This document shows positions 31,064-40,449 of a DNA stretch of 59,667 nucleotides, one piece after another; the stretch's first letter is position 1, and the number at the start of each line of letters is the position of its first letter. Origin of the DNA: an uncultured Clostridia bacterium (GTDB lineage Bacteria; Bacillota; Clostridia; Oscillospirales; Acutalibacteraceae). The stretch is taken from NCBI GenBank assembly GCA_947588875.1, contig CANPZK010000001.1, positions 1 through 59,667 of the forward strand, in the 5' to 3' direction. A program made the position numbers and the translations under genes. The notes under the pieces are model-generated. The model ran no database searches and had not been told where the DNA came from. It saw nothing but the letters and a program-made list of their open reading frames with translations.

Positions 31064-32416
31064 ATGAATATAAATTTGCCGCAGGATTTTAAAGACGATA
31101 TGAAAAAGCTCCTCGGAAAAGACGCCGATAAGCTCTTTTCCGAATACGACAAAGCGCCCTATAAAGGCATAAGAGTGAATACGCTGAAATGCACAAAGGA
31201 AAAAATTGAAAAATTTTTCGGCGAAAATATAAAGAGCAATCCGTTTTCAAAAGAGGGCTATTACCTCGCTCCCGATTATAGCGGAATAGGCAGCGTCCCA
31301 CTGCATCACGCCGGAGCGTTTTACGTTCAAGAGCCGTCCGCTATGAGCGCCGTAACCCTGCTCGGCGCGCAGGAGAACGACAGAGTGCTCGATTTGTGCG
31401 CGGCGCCCGGAGGAAAATCGACGCAGATCGCCGCCGCGCTGAACGGTACGGGGCTTTTGTGGAGCAACGAGATAATAAAATCGAGGGCGAATACGCTGCT
31501 TTCAAATTTCGAGCGCTGCGGCGTGAGGAACGCCGTGGTGTCGAGCGAAACGCCGCAAAGGCTGTGCGGTAAGCTCGGCGGATTTTTCGACAAAATACTC
31601 GTGGACGCTCCGTGCTCCGGCGAGGGAATGTTCCGCAAGGACAGTGCCGCCGTAAGCGAGTGGAGCAGAGAAAATGTTATGCTGTGCAAAGCAAGACAGC
31701 TTGAAATACTCGACTGCGCGGTAAAGGCGCTAAGGCAGGGCGGCGAGCTTGTCTATTCCACCTGCACGTTCTCGCACGAGGAAAACGAGGAGGTCACCGA
31801 GGAATTTTTGCTGAAGCACCCCGATTTTTCGATAGCCGAGAGCGATGTTAGCTTCGGCAGAAAAACTTCATGCGGCGGAATAAGGATATTTCCCATGGAC
31901 GGGGGAGAGGGACATTATGCCGTTAAATTCAGGCGGCTCAGCGAAAATCCGCTTTCCGCGTCCGGCTATGATTATGCACCGCAGAAAAATAAAAACGCCG
32001 CAGAGGACTATAAGAGTCTTATAGAAGGGCTTGAGGCGGAAATTTTAAATTATAAGCCCGAATTTAATTATTCCGTTTTCGGTGATAAAATACTCATTCT
32101 CCCCGACGGACTGCCCGATATTAAAGGAATTAATATTCTCAGAGCGGGAGTCGCGTTTGCCGAGATAAGGAAAAACCGCATAGAGCCGCACCACAGCCTG
32201 TTTATGTCGCTTGAGCCGGCTTATGTGAACAATTATATAGACCTGCCAAGCGGAGGCGAAGCCATAAAAGCGTTCCTGCACGGCGAGGAAACGGAGGTAA
32301 GCGAAGCTCTGTCGGGATATATCCTCGTCGCCGTCGACGGCGTTAGCACGGGCTTTGGCAAAGCGTCAAACGGCAGACTTAAAAATAAATACCCAAAGGG
32401 ATTAAGAATTATGTAA
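31064..32416 (+). CDS. rsmF: RsmB/NOP-family m5C rRNA methyltransferase (RsmF/YebU-like)
   Basis: YVQEPSAM, DLCAAPGGKS, VDAPCSGEGMFRK and YSTCTF motifs; LKNKYPKGLR tail. Confidence 0.88.
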   Translation: MNINLPQDFKDDMKKLLGKDADKLFSEYDKAPYKGIRVNTLKCTKEKIEKFFGENIKSNPFSKEGYYLAPDYSGIGSVPLHHAGAFYVQEPSAMSAVTLLGAQENDRVLDLCAAPGGKSTQIAAALNGTGLLWSNEIIKSRANTLLSNFERCGVRNAVVSSETPQRLCGKLGGFFDKILVDAPCSGEGMFRKDSAAVSEWSRENVMLCKARQLEILDCAVKALRQGGELVYSTCTFSHEENEEVTEEFLLKHPDFSIAESDVSFGRKTSCGGIRIFPMDGGEGHYAVKFRRLSENPLSASGYDYAPQKNKNAAEDYKSLIEGLEAEILNYKPEFNYSVFGDKILILPDGLPDIKGINILRAGVAFAEIRKNRIEPHHSLFMSLEPAYVNNYIDLPSGGEAIKAFLHGEETEVSEALSGYILVAVDGVSTGFGKASNGRLKNKYPKGLRIM

Positions 32417-32426
32417 GGGGACAAAA

Positions 32427-33287
32427 ATGGAAAAGCTATCCAACATATCAAATATCAAGTCAATACTTTCGCGGCATGGCTTCACGTTTTCAAAGTCGCT
32501 CGGGCAGAATTTTCTCATCAACCCCTCGGTGTGTCCGCGAATGGCTGCGGAATGCGGAGTGGGAGAGGGCGTGGGAGTGATAGAGATAGGCCCCGGAATA
32601 GGAGTCCTCACCTGCGAGCTCGCTCGGCTTTCGTCTAAGGTCGTAGCGGTGGAGCTTGATAAGCGGCTTCTGCCCGTTCTTGAAGAAACGCTTTCCGAGT
32701 TTAACAATGTTAAAATTATAAACGACGACGCTCTAAAGGTCGATTTCAACGAGCTTATCAGGGACGAATTTGGCGATATGCCCGTGTGCGTCTGCGCTAA
32801 TCTGCCGTATTATATAACCTCGCCGGTTATAATGCACCTGCTCGAATCAAAACTGAACATTGATTCTATAACCGTTATGGTGCAGAAGGAGGCGGCTCAG
32901 AGAATATGCGCAAAGCCTGCCACCCGTCAGTCGTCCTCGATAACGGTCGCCATAAGCTATTACGCGAGCGCGCAAATGCTTTTTACCGTATCGTCCGGCA
33001 GCTTTATGCCCGCGCCAAAGGTGGATTCGGCGGTAATAAAGCTGACGATAAACAAAACGCCGCCGGTAGAGGTCTGCGATGAAGCCCTGTTGTTCAGGGT
33101 GATACAATCGGCGTTTGCGCAGCGGCGCAAAACCTTGGCAAACTCGCTGAGCGCGGGGCTTCAAATTGATAAATCGGAGATAAGCGGAATACTCAAAAAA
33201 AGCGGGATACCGGAAAATTACAGAGCCGAGCAGCTTGCTCTGAGCGATTTTGCAGCCATATGCAATGCGTTAAGGGGAAGAGCCTGA
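32427..33287 (+). CDS. rsmA: 16S rRNA dimethyladenosine transferase
   Basis: KSLGQNFL, EIGPGIG, ANLPYYITSP and FMPAPKVDS motifs. Confidence 0.97.
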   Translation: MEKLSNISNIKSILSRHGFTFSKSLGQNFLINPSVCPRMAAECGVGEGVGVIEIGPGIGVLTCELARLSSKVVAVELDKRLLPVLEETLSEFNNVKIINDDALKVDFNELIRDEFGDMPVCVCANLPYYITSPVIMHLLESKLNIDSITVMVQKEAAQRICAKPATRQSSSITVAISYYASAQMLFTVSSGSFMPAPKVDSAVIKLTINKTPPVEVCDEALLFRVIQSAFAQRRKTLANSLSAGLQIDKSEISGILKKSGIPENYRAEQLALSDFAAICNALRGRA

Positions 33288-33322
33288 CGGCTTAAACAGG
33301 AGCTTCGGCTGACTGCTTATAT

Positions 33323-33441
33323 GCGGCGGCGACCCGAGCTGTCTTCGACAGCTCGGCCAAGCGCAGCACATATCATTGCGCCTCCGCGCAATGATATGCC
33401 GCGCTTGCGTTCCCCGCTTCGCGGGGAACAGTCGCCGCCGC
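33323..33441. repeat. Cloverleaf palindromic element, copy 4 (most divergent; structure conserved)
   Basis: GCGGCGGCGAC/GTCGCCGCCGC closes CGAGCTGTC-TTC-GACAGCTCG, a long central stem, and TTCCCCGC-TTC-GCGGGGAA. Confidence 0.8.
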
Positions 33442-33502
33442 GACCATAGCCCTATGTCAAAACCGCGAATCGACAATACCGCTCTATGTGGAGGAAAAAT
33501 AT

Positions 33503-33688
33503 ATGAAAACCATAAAAAAGTACGCCGTTGCCGCCTGCGTTATAATAGCCGTCATACTGCTGATAATCTCACTCACAACGTATCTGTACGCAAACGAGAG
33601 CGTCAGGGTCGGCTTCGCCATCGCGTCATGCGCGGTCGCTCTGATAGGTATAATAGCGGGCATTCTTGAATTTGACAGCGGCGATTAA
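33503..33688 (+). CDS. Small two-TM membrane protein
   Basis: RBS GGAGG; basic N-terminus and two hydrophobic helices. Confidence 0.65.
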   Translation: MKTIKKYAVAACVIIAVILLIISLTTYLYANESVRVGFAIASCAVALIGIIAGILEFDSGD

Positions 33689-33801
33689 ATAAAAAATTCT
33701 GCATTTTATGCGATAAATGTCGCAAAACATATCCAAATGTGCTATAATATCTTATTATACGTTTTCAGCTTTGACCAAATATGCGGAAATGAGGGATAAA
33801 A

Positions 33802-34392
33802 ATGCTGCTTTATGATATTTCCCGCGATGTGTTCAAATCCGAGATTTACGGCGGCGACCCCGAGCCAAAGGCGGAATGGCTTTCAAAAATCGAATACGGA
33901 GGAGAGTACAATCTCTCCCGAATAGATATGTGTACCCATACCGGAACGCATATAGACGCGCCGTTCCATTATCTCGACGACGGAGATAAAATCGGCGACC
34001 TTCCGCTGTCGCGCTTTTACGGGGCGTGTACCGTTGTGACAATAAATGGGCTGATAACCGGAGAGGATATGGAGCAGATACTTCCGCATTGCCGTAAAAA
34101 GGTGCTTCTCAGAGGAGAGGGCGAGGCGTTCCTCACGCCGAGCGCCGTCTTTGTAATGAGCGATTACGGAGTGGAGCTTATCGGCACGGACGGACTCTCC
34201 CTCGCTATGCCGGAGGACGATTTCGACATACACAGGGAGCTGTTCCTGAATAATATATTGATACTCGAGGGGCTTGATTTGAGCCGCGCGCCGGACGGCG
34301 ATTATGTTCTGTGCGCGTTTCCGCTGAAATTGACCTCGCTTGAGGCGTCGCCCGCGCGGGCGGTATTGCTTGCGCAGGAAAAGGGAATCTGA
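33802..34392 (+). CDS. Cyclase family protein (KynB/arylformamidase-like)
   Basis: HTGTHIDAP.H, ILEGLDL and EASPARAVL motifs. Confidence 0.9.
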   Translation: MLLYDISRDVFKSEIYGGDPEPKAEWLSKIEYGGEYNLSRIDMCTHTGTHIDAPFHYLDDGDKIGDLPLSRFYGACTVVTINGLITGEDMEQILPHCRKKVLLRGEGEAFLTPSAVFVMSDYGVELIGTDGLSLAMPEDDFDIHRELFLNNILILEGLDLSRAPDGDYVLCAFPLKLTSLEASPARAVLLAQEKGI

Positions 34393-34409
34393 GGATTTGA
34401 GGTGGTATT

Positions 34410-36260
34410 ATGAAAAAGAAAATAACGTCCGTTCTTTTTGCGCTACTGATTGCTCTTACAGCCCTGACGCTTACGGGCTGCGGCGAAAAAGAGTTTGATT
34501 ATGAGAGCATGATAAAAATAAACGCGAGATTCAGCGGGACAAGAACGCTGACGATGAATACGGGCGGCGAGCTTTTAAACAACGCGGAGGTAAAGGCAAA
34601 GCTCGACGAGGTCATAAACGAATATTGCCCGAACGTGCTTCAGCGCGAGGAGCTTGAGGACAACGGCAATCTCAAATATATATTCACGCTCAACTTCGAC
34701 TCGAGAGCGGATTATATATCAAAAGTATCGAAAATAACAGAGAAGCAGATACAGGCGTGGCTTGTAAAGCCGAACAGCGCGCTCGCAAAGGGCTGGCACT
34801 TCACGGAGGATTTCAGGACCGACGAGCTGTTTCAGTGGATAAAGCGAGGAGCCGAGGAAAAGGGCTTCAACGATTTAAAAATCAATTTGAACTGTATATC
34901 CAATATAGTAAATATGAACGGGGATATACAGAGCAGCGGCGCGGAACAGACGGAGGTAAATTCCGTCGTCGGCAAGGCGGTGACGGGAGTTTACATTGAA
35001 ACGGTAAATAACAAGCTCGACAGCTACGACAGAAGGCTTACGCTTTCGGTGCCGCAGGGCACCTACGACGAAATGGGAAACGAGCTTGTAAAGCTCATGG
35101 AGAGCCGCACGCTGCCGAGCGCGGCATACAGCGGCTGGTCGCAGCAGGGAAATAATCAGGAATATCAGATACTCTATAACGGGCTGAGCCTTGCGGAGCT
35201 GCAAAACGCCACGGCAATATTCCTCGACTGCGACGCTGTCTCGCTGTATTACGGCGACCAGAACAACAGCAGTACGCCGCTTGCGGAGCAGCTCGTATTT
35301 GAGGAAAATATCAATACATTATCGTTCGTCCCAAAGGATAAATCAAAGGTGGAATTTAGCTACAAATACTCGCTCCCACTCAAAACTACTCACGGCGAGG
35401 GCGTGCTTCTCAGCGACGGAGTATGGGCAAAGGAGGGCGAATGGATAGACGGAATATACTCTCTGAAGTCCAACGACACCGTCTATGACATAAGGATTCC
35501 CGACGGTATGCAGTACGAGATAAAGGGACTGAATGTAACGCTTGAAAGCTACGACAACGATAATTACGTCCGCAGCTTTGATTTCGTTTACAGCGCGGCA
35601 AACGGCGAAGAGGGCAGAGATTATGCCTACGACTTTCTCTCAAAGAAGGGTGTGAGCGTAGAGAGAACCAAGTCGGACGACGGAGTTATCTGCCGTATAA
35701 CCTCGCGCGGTACGGCAAAACAGATTTCCGCCGAGATAAACTCGGTGTTCGGCGGAGGAAATATGATGACCTATGCGCAAAATACGGATAATATGAGCGT
35801 CGTCACGGATATTTCGCTTACGGACCAAATAAATATCTCATATATGCTCACGGGTAAAAACAAGACCGTGCCGATGATTTACACTCTTTACTCAAAGGGC
35901 AGCGAGAGCGTGTCGGGATTTTCCGGAACCTCATCGGACGGCTCCGGCGACAGCTCCGGGCTTGACATTGACAAATCAAAGGGCTATGTGCTTGAGCTTG
36001 AGGGCGGAGAAACGACTGTGAAATACACCGCGACAATGCCCTATCCTCAGGGAGTTGCGGTTTACTGCGCAATATCGGGAGCCATGGTTTTAATTACCGC
36101 TCTGCTCATACTGTATTTTATGAAAAAGACGAAAAAAATCGAGAAACGTCAGGCGGAGGAGCTTGCAAGGCGCGCCGAGCGGGAGGATAACGCCGAGCAG
36201 CCGCAGGATAAAAAGGCTCTTCCGGAGGAGCATTATGACGAACGCTTCAACAGATTTTAA
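34410..36260 (+). CDS. Hypothetical lipoprotein with three internal repeats and a C-terminal TM helix
   Basis: Lipobox LTGC; C-terminal VAVYCAISGAMVLITALLILYF followed by a basic, charged tail. Confidence 0.75.
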   Translation: MKKKITSVLFALLIALTALTLTGCGEKEFDYESMIKINARFSGTRTLTMNTGGELLNNAEVKAKLDEVINEYCPNVLQREELEDNGNLKYIFTLNFDSRADYISKVSKITEKQIQAWLVKPNSALAKGWHFTEDFRTDELFQWIKRGAEEKGFNDLKINLNCISNIVNMNGDIQSSGAEQTEVNSVVGKAVTGVYIETVNNKLDSYDRRLTLSVPQGTYDEMGNELVKLMESRTLPSAAYSGWSQQGNNQEYQILYNGLSLAELQNATAIFLDCDAVSLYYGDQNNSSTPLAEQLVFEENINTLSFVPKDKSKVEFSYKYSLPLKTTHGEGVLLSDGVWAKEGEWIDGIYSLKSNDTVYDIRIPDGMQYEIKGLNVTLESYDNDNYVRSFDFVYSAANGEEGRDYAYDFLSKKGVSVERTKSDDGVICRITSRGTAKQISAEINSVFGGGNMMTYAQNTDNMSVVTDISLTDQINISYMLTGKNKTVPMIYTLYSKGSESVSGFSGTSSDGSGDSSGLDIDKSKGYVLELEGGETTVKYTATMPYPQGVAVYCAISGAMVLITALLILYFMKKTKKIEKRQAEELARRAEREDNAEQPQDKKALPEEHYDERFNRF

Positions 36261-36282
36261 TTAAAAAAAGGAGAAAAAAGCT

Positions 36283-36945
36283 ATGTATAAATGCGCGGCC
36301 TTTGACTTGGACGGAACCCTTGTAAATTCGCTCTGCGACCTTGGCGACAGCGTCAACAAGGCGCTTGAGCATCACGGCCTGCCCACTCATTCTTATGAGT
36401 CGTATAAATATTTTGTGGGCAACGGCAGGGCAAAGCTCATAGAGCGCGCCATGGGTGCTGCTGCTGAAAACGCGGAGCTTTTGGACGCGGTGACAAAGGA
36501 ATACGACGAGCTATATGCTCTCCACTGCCTTGACAAGACAAGACCGTATCCGGGCTTGCCCGAGGCGCTTGCTGAGCTTAAGGCGCGCGGTGTAAAGCTC
36601 ACCGTGCTGTCAAACAAGCCCGATGAGTTTGTGGACAAAATGCTGACCACGCTTTTCCCGAGGATTGAGTTCGACCTGTCGTGGGGCAAAAAGGCGGCTT
36701 ATGCTCCAAAGCCCGACCCCGCGTCCCTGCTCGCTCAGCTTGCCGAGATTGGAGCGGACAAAGACGACTGCATTTACATAGGGGACAGCGGCGTTGACGT
36801 TATAACGGCAAGAAATTGCGGGGTGGACTTTTGCGGTGTGCTCTGGGGCTTCAGAAAAGAGAGCGAATTGAGAGCTGAGGGTGCGGAGGTATTTGTTAAT
36901 ACGGCGGAAGAGCTTGTGCAGGTGATACTAAATGGGAGGAAATAA
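36283..36945 (+). CDS. HAD-family hydrolase (phosphoglycolate phosphatase-like)
   Basis: FDLDGTL, SNK, KPDP and YIGDS..D motifs. Confidence 0.92.
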   Translation: MYKCAAFDLDGTLVNSLCDLGDSVNKALEHHGLPTHSYESYKYFVGNGRAKLIERAMGAAAENAELLDAVTKEYDELYALHCLDKTRPYPGLPEALAELKARGVKLTVLSNKPDEFVDKMLTTLFPRIEFDLSWGKKAAYAPKPDPASLLAQLAEIGADKDDCIYIGDSGVDVITARNCGVDFCGVLWGFRKESELRAEGAEVFVNTAEELVQVILNGRK

Positions 36946-37576
36946 AGTCAACTTTCAAAAGCTGATGGACGAAATAATTGAAAAAAATAAAAGCCTCGGC
37001 ATTGTACCGAGGCTTTTGCTCCATAGCTGCTGCGCTCCTTGCAGCAGCTATGTTATAGAGTATTTGTCCGATTATTTTGAGATAACCGTTTTTTATTACA
37101 ATCCGAATCTTTATCCCGACGAGGAGTATGCTCTCCGCAGCGGCGAGCAAAAGCGCTTTATCCGCGAATTTAAGGCTAAGCATACTCTGTCATACGTTGA
37201 TTGCGGCTTTGCCCCCGATGAGTTTTACGATAAGGTAAGGGGGCTTGAAAATGAACGCGAGGGCGGCAAACGCTGCGAAAAATGCTTTGAGCTGCGGCTT
37301 TCAAAAACCGCTGAAACGGCAAAGGCGGGCGGGTATGATTATTTCGCGACCACGCTCACGATAAGTCCGCTCAAAAACGCCGCTCTGATAAACTCGATAG
37401 GGGAAAGGTTTTCCGGGGAATACGGCGTTGGGTATCTTGCCTCGGATTTTAAAAAGAGGAACGGCTTTAAGCGCTCGACCGAGCTTTCGCGGGAATATAA
37501 TCTATATAGACAGTATTACTGCGGCTGCGTTTTTTCAAAGGCGGAGCGCGACAATGCCGTTAAGGCGGGAGGCTGA
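36932..37576 (+). CDS. queH: Epoxyqueuosine reductase QueH
   Basis: LLLHSCCAPCS, YNPN, RC..CF.LRL and YRQ.YCGC motifs. Confidence 0.93.
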   Translation: MGGNKVNFQKLMDEIIEKNKSLGIVPRLLLHSCCAPCSSYVIEYLSDYFEITVFYYNPNLYPDEEYALRSGEQKRFIREFKAKHTLSYVDCGFAPDEFYDKVRGLENEREGGKRCEKCFELRLSKTAETAKAGGYDYFATTLTISPLKNAALINSIGERFSGEYGVGYLASDFKKRNGFKRSTELSREYNLYRQYYCGCVFSKAERDNAVKAGG

Positions 37577-37643
37577 GCCTCCTAATATGTTTTTTAATAA
37601 CGGCGGATTTTGTCCGTCCGGGGTGCGGCAGTCTGGGTTCAGA

Positions 37644-37884
37644 TTGCCGCGCTTTTATGTCTCGGCAGGATTGTGCGGGCGTTATATATTTCGGGCGGCG
37701 ACCCGCAAATTCCCGCCTCCGGCGGGAATTTGCCGAAAAACGCGGCGGGCGTGGAGCCGTGCCCCTGTCAAAAGACCTGCCGCCGCCGCGTTTTTCCGCA
37801 CCCTCGCGCCTGCGGCGCGGGGGCGCCGGTCGCCGCCCGAATCCTCTGCCGCACGCACAAAGAAAAAACGGGAGCGCGCGGCAG
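37644..37884. repeat. Cloverleaf palindromic element, copy 5 (241 bp)
   Basis: Ends TTGCCGCGC/GCGCGGCAG; core 37690-37841 closed by TTCGGGCGGCGACC/GGTCGCCGCCCGAA. Confidence 0.9.
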
Positions 37885-37930
37885 TATAAATTCTGCGTTA
37901 AATTATCCTATCCAATATCTTAATAAAATA

Positions 37931-38371
37931 TCACAGCTCGCACGAGCAGCCTTCCTCGTGGTCGCATTCCTCAATCTTGCCGACTATCGGCTCCGGGTCC
38001 ACGCCGAGCCTCTTGTAATAATCCGACAGAGCGGCCTTTATCGCCTGCTCTGCAAGCACGCTGCAATGTACCTTCACCGGCGGAAGCCCGTCTAAAGCCT
38101 CCATAACGGCCTTGTTCGTCAGCTTTAAAGCGTCCTCAATGGACTTGCCCTTGATAAGCTCAGTCGCCATTGAGCTTGTCGCAATAGCGGCGCCGCAGCC
38201 GAAGGTCTTGAACTTAACGTCGGAAATGATTCCGTTGTCAACCTTTATATACATCTTCATAATATCTCCGCATTTGGAGTTGCCAACCTCGCCGATACCG
38301 TCCGCGTTTTCAATCTCTCCGACGTTTCTCGGATTGGCAAAATGATCCATAACCTTTTCACTGTATGCCAT
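37931..38371 (-). CDS. iscU: Fe-S cluster scaffold NifU/IscU
   Basis: YSEKVMDHF.NPRNVG, CGD, FGCGAAIA and KVHCS motifs. Confidence 0.95.
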   Translation of the reverse strand: MAYSEKVMDHFANPRNVGEIENADGIGEVGNSKCGDIMKMYIKVDNGIISDVKFKTFGCGAAIATSSMATELIKGKSIEDALKLTNKAVMEALDGLPPVKVHCSVLAEQAIKAALSDYYKRLGVDPEPIVGKIEECDHEEGCSCEL

Positions 38372-38373
38372 AA

Positions 38374-39570
38374 TTATTCATTTCCTTTCTTTTCGTTTTC
38401 CTTTATACGTTCCCAAAGAGGCGACATATCGCGCAGGGTCTTTATTATCGGAGGAATACACTCGGCGATATATTCAACGTCCTCCCGCGTCGTTTCGTCG
38501 CTGAACGATAGCCTGAGCGAACCGTGGGCTATTTCGTGCGGAAGTCCTATCGAGAGAAGCACATGGCTCGGGTCGAGAGAGCCGGAGGTGCAGGCGGAGC
38601 CGGAGGACGCGCATACTCCATTGAGGTCGAGCCTCAAAAGCAGAGATTCGCCCTCGATGCCCTCAAAGCACATATTTATGTTTCCGGGCAGACGCTGTAC
38701 CCTGTCGCCGTTTAAGCGCGAGCGCTCGATTTTGAGCAGCTCGTCAATGAGATAATCGCGAAGCTCGGTCAGCCTTTTGCTTCTCTCCTCCATTGTGGAT
38801 ACCGCCAGCTTTAAAGCGGCGGCAAGACCGATTATTCCCGGCACGTTTTCTGTGCCGGCGCGTCTGCCTCTCTCCTGAGCGCCGCCGTTAATAAGTATCT
38901 CGGGGCGCAGTCCGCGCCTTACATACAGAGCGCCGCAGCCCTTGGGGCCGTGGAACTTGTGCGCGGTGAGCGACATTAAATCTATGTTCTGCTCCTTCAC
39001 GTTTATCGGCACGTTTCCGACAGCCTGAACAGCGTCGGTGTGGAATATCACGTTATGCTTTTTGCATATCGCGCCTATCTCGCTTATGGGCTGTATCGTG
39101 CCTATCTCGTTGTTGGCGTACATTATAGTGACAAGAGCGGTGTCCTCTCTTATCGCGGCTTCAAGCTCCTCCGGTCTGACTATACCGTTTTCGTGTACGT
39201 CGAGCAGAGTTATCTCAAAGCCCTTCTTTTCAAGTGCGTCAAGCGTGTGAAGCACGGCGTGATGTTCGAATTTGCTCGAAATAATGTGCTTCTTGCCCTT
39301 TTTTTCCATCACCTCGGCAATGCCCTTTATCGCCCAGTTGTCCGCCTCGCTGCCGCCGCTCGTAAAGAATATCTCACTCGGAGCCGCTCCGAATACCTCG
39401 GCAATATCCTCTCTCGCAAGCTCAATAGCCTTTTTTGCCTCAGCGCCGACGGAATAAAGGCTCGACGGGTTGCCGTAAACCTCGGTTAGATAAGGCGTCA
39501 TAGCCTCCAAAACGGCGGGCGCGAGCTTGGTCGTCGCCGCGTTGTCGGCGTAAATCCTTTTGCCGTTCAC
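38374..39570 (-). CDS. iscS: Cysteine desulfurase NifS/IscS
   Basis: [17 protein letters not shown] and SSGSACTSG motifs. Confidence 0.95.
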   Translation of the reverse strand: MNGKRIYADNAATTKLAPAVLEAMTPYLTEVYGNPSSLYSVGAEAKKAIELAREDIAEVFGAAPSEIFFTSGGSEADNWAIKGIAEVMEKKGKKHIISSKFEHHAVLHTLDALEKKGFEITLLDVHENGIVRPEELEAAIREDTALVTIMYANNEIGTIQPISEIGAICKKHNVIFHTDAVQAVGNVPINVKEQNIDLMSLTAHKFHGPKGCGALYVRRGLRPEILINGGAQERGRRAGTENVPGIIGLAAALKLAVSTMEERSKRLTELRDYLIDELLKIERSRLNGDRVQRLPGNINMCFEGIEGESLLLRLDLNGVCASSGSACTSGSLDPSHVLLSIGLPHEIAHGSLRLSFSDETTREDVEYIAECIPPIIKTLRDMSPLWERIKENEKKGNE

Positions 39571-39591
39571 TATATATTACATCCTTTCCGG

Positions 39592-40029
39592 TTATTTGTA
39601 TTTATCGGATTGAGCGACAGCCAGCCTGTCGCATCGCTCGTTCTCGGGATGACCGGCGTGACCCTTTACCCAGACTACCTCAACGTTGTGATAATCGCAT
39701 AGCTCCAGAAGCTCCTGCCAAAGCTCCGGGTTCAGGGCGGGTTCTTTTTTATTCCTCATCCAGCCGTTCTGCCGCCATTTTTTGGCCCAGCCGAGCTTGA
39801 GTCCGTTGCAGACATACTGTGAATCGCTGTATAAGGTGACGTTGCACCTTTCCTTTAAGAGCTTTAGCGCCTCAATTACAGCGGTAAGCTCCATTCTGTT
39901 GTTAGTTGTTTCCCGTTCGCCGCCGGATATTTCCTTTTCCGAGGATTTATATTTAAGTATCGCGCCCCAGCCTCCCGGACCGGGATTGCCCGAACAAGCG
40001 CCGTCGGTGAAGATAAAAACGTCCTTCAA
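39592..40029 (-). CDS. rnhA: Ribonuclease HI
   Basis: [23 protein letters not shown] and [15 protein letters not shown] motifs; TTG start inferred. Confidence 0.95.
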   Translation of the reverse strand: MKDVFIFTDGACSGNPGPGGWGAILKYKSSEKEISGGERETTNNRMELTAVIEALKLLKERCNVTLYSDSQYVCNGLKLGWAKKWRQNGWMRNKKEPALNPELWQELLELCDYHNVEVVWVKGHAGHPENERCDRLAVAQSDKYK

Positions 40030-40246
40030 CAAAATTCCCCCAAAATCCGATATTGAAGCTATTATAGCATATAATGGAAAAATAAACAACACCTACAAAT
40101 CCGATAAGCAAACTTTTTAATTTACAAATAGTAATCAAAATACTATTTGTAATAAATTGCTCATAATATTTTTTTGATAATGTAAAAAAATAGTAATCAG
40201 GGCGTAAATGCGCGGTTTCCGCGCGCCGTAAGGCGGCGACTTCGCC

Positions 40247-40275
40247 TTGACATATTCGCCCAAAAGTAATAGAAT
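40247..40275 (+). promoter_or_regulatory. SigA-type promoter of rnj
   Basis: TTGACA-N17-TAGAAT. Confidence 0.7.
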
Positions 40276-40449
40276 AAACCCAAAGTATGTGTTCGGGTCA
40301 ATTTAATATTTTAAATTTTATGCCGTCGGCGGCTTGTGTATGGGGCACCGTTTGCAACACAAATTCGCTCCGCCGAGGATAATATAATTTATTTTTTCAA
40401 TTTCTGAGACAGATACAATACATAAAATTTTTTGTACGGAGGTTTATTT

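Noticed and set aside
40201-40246. Mini-hairpin cluster containing GGCGGCGAC upstream of the rnj promoter
   Set aside because: Too short and lacks the closing strand; cannot be distinguished from chance.
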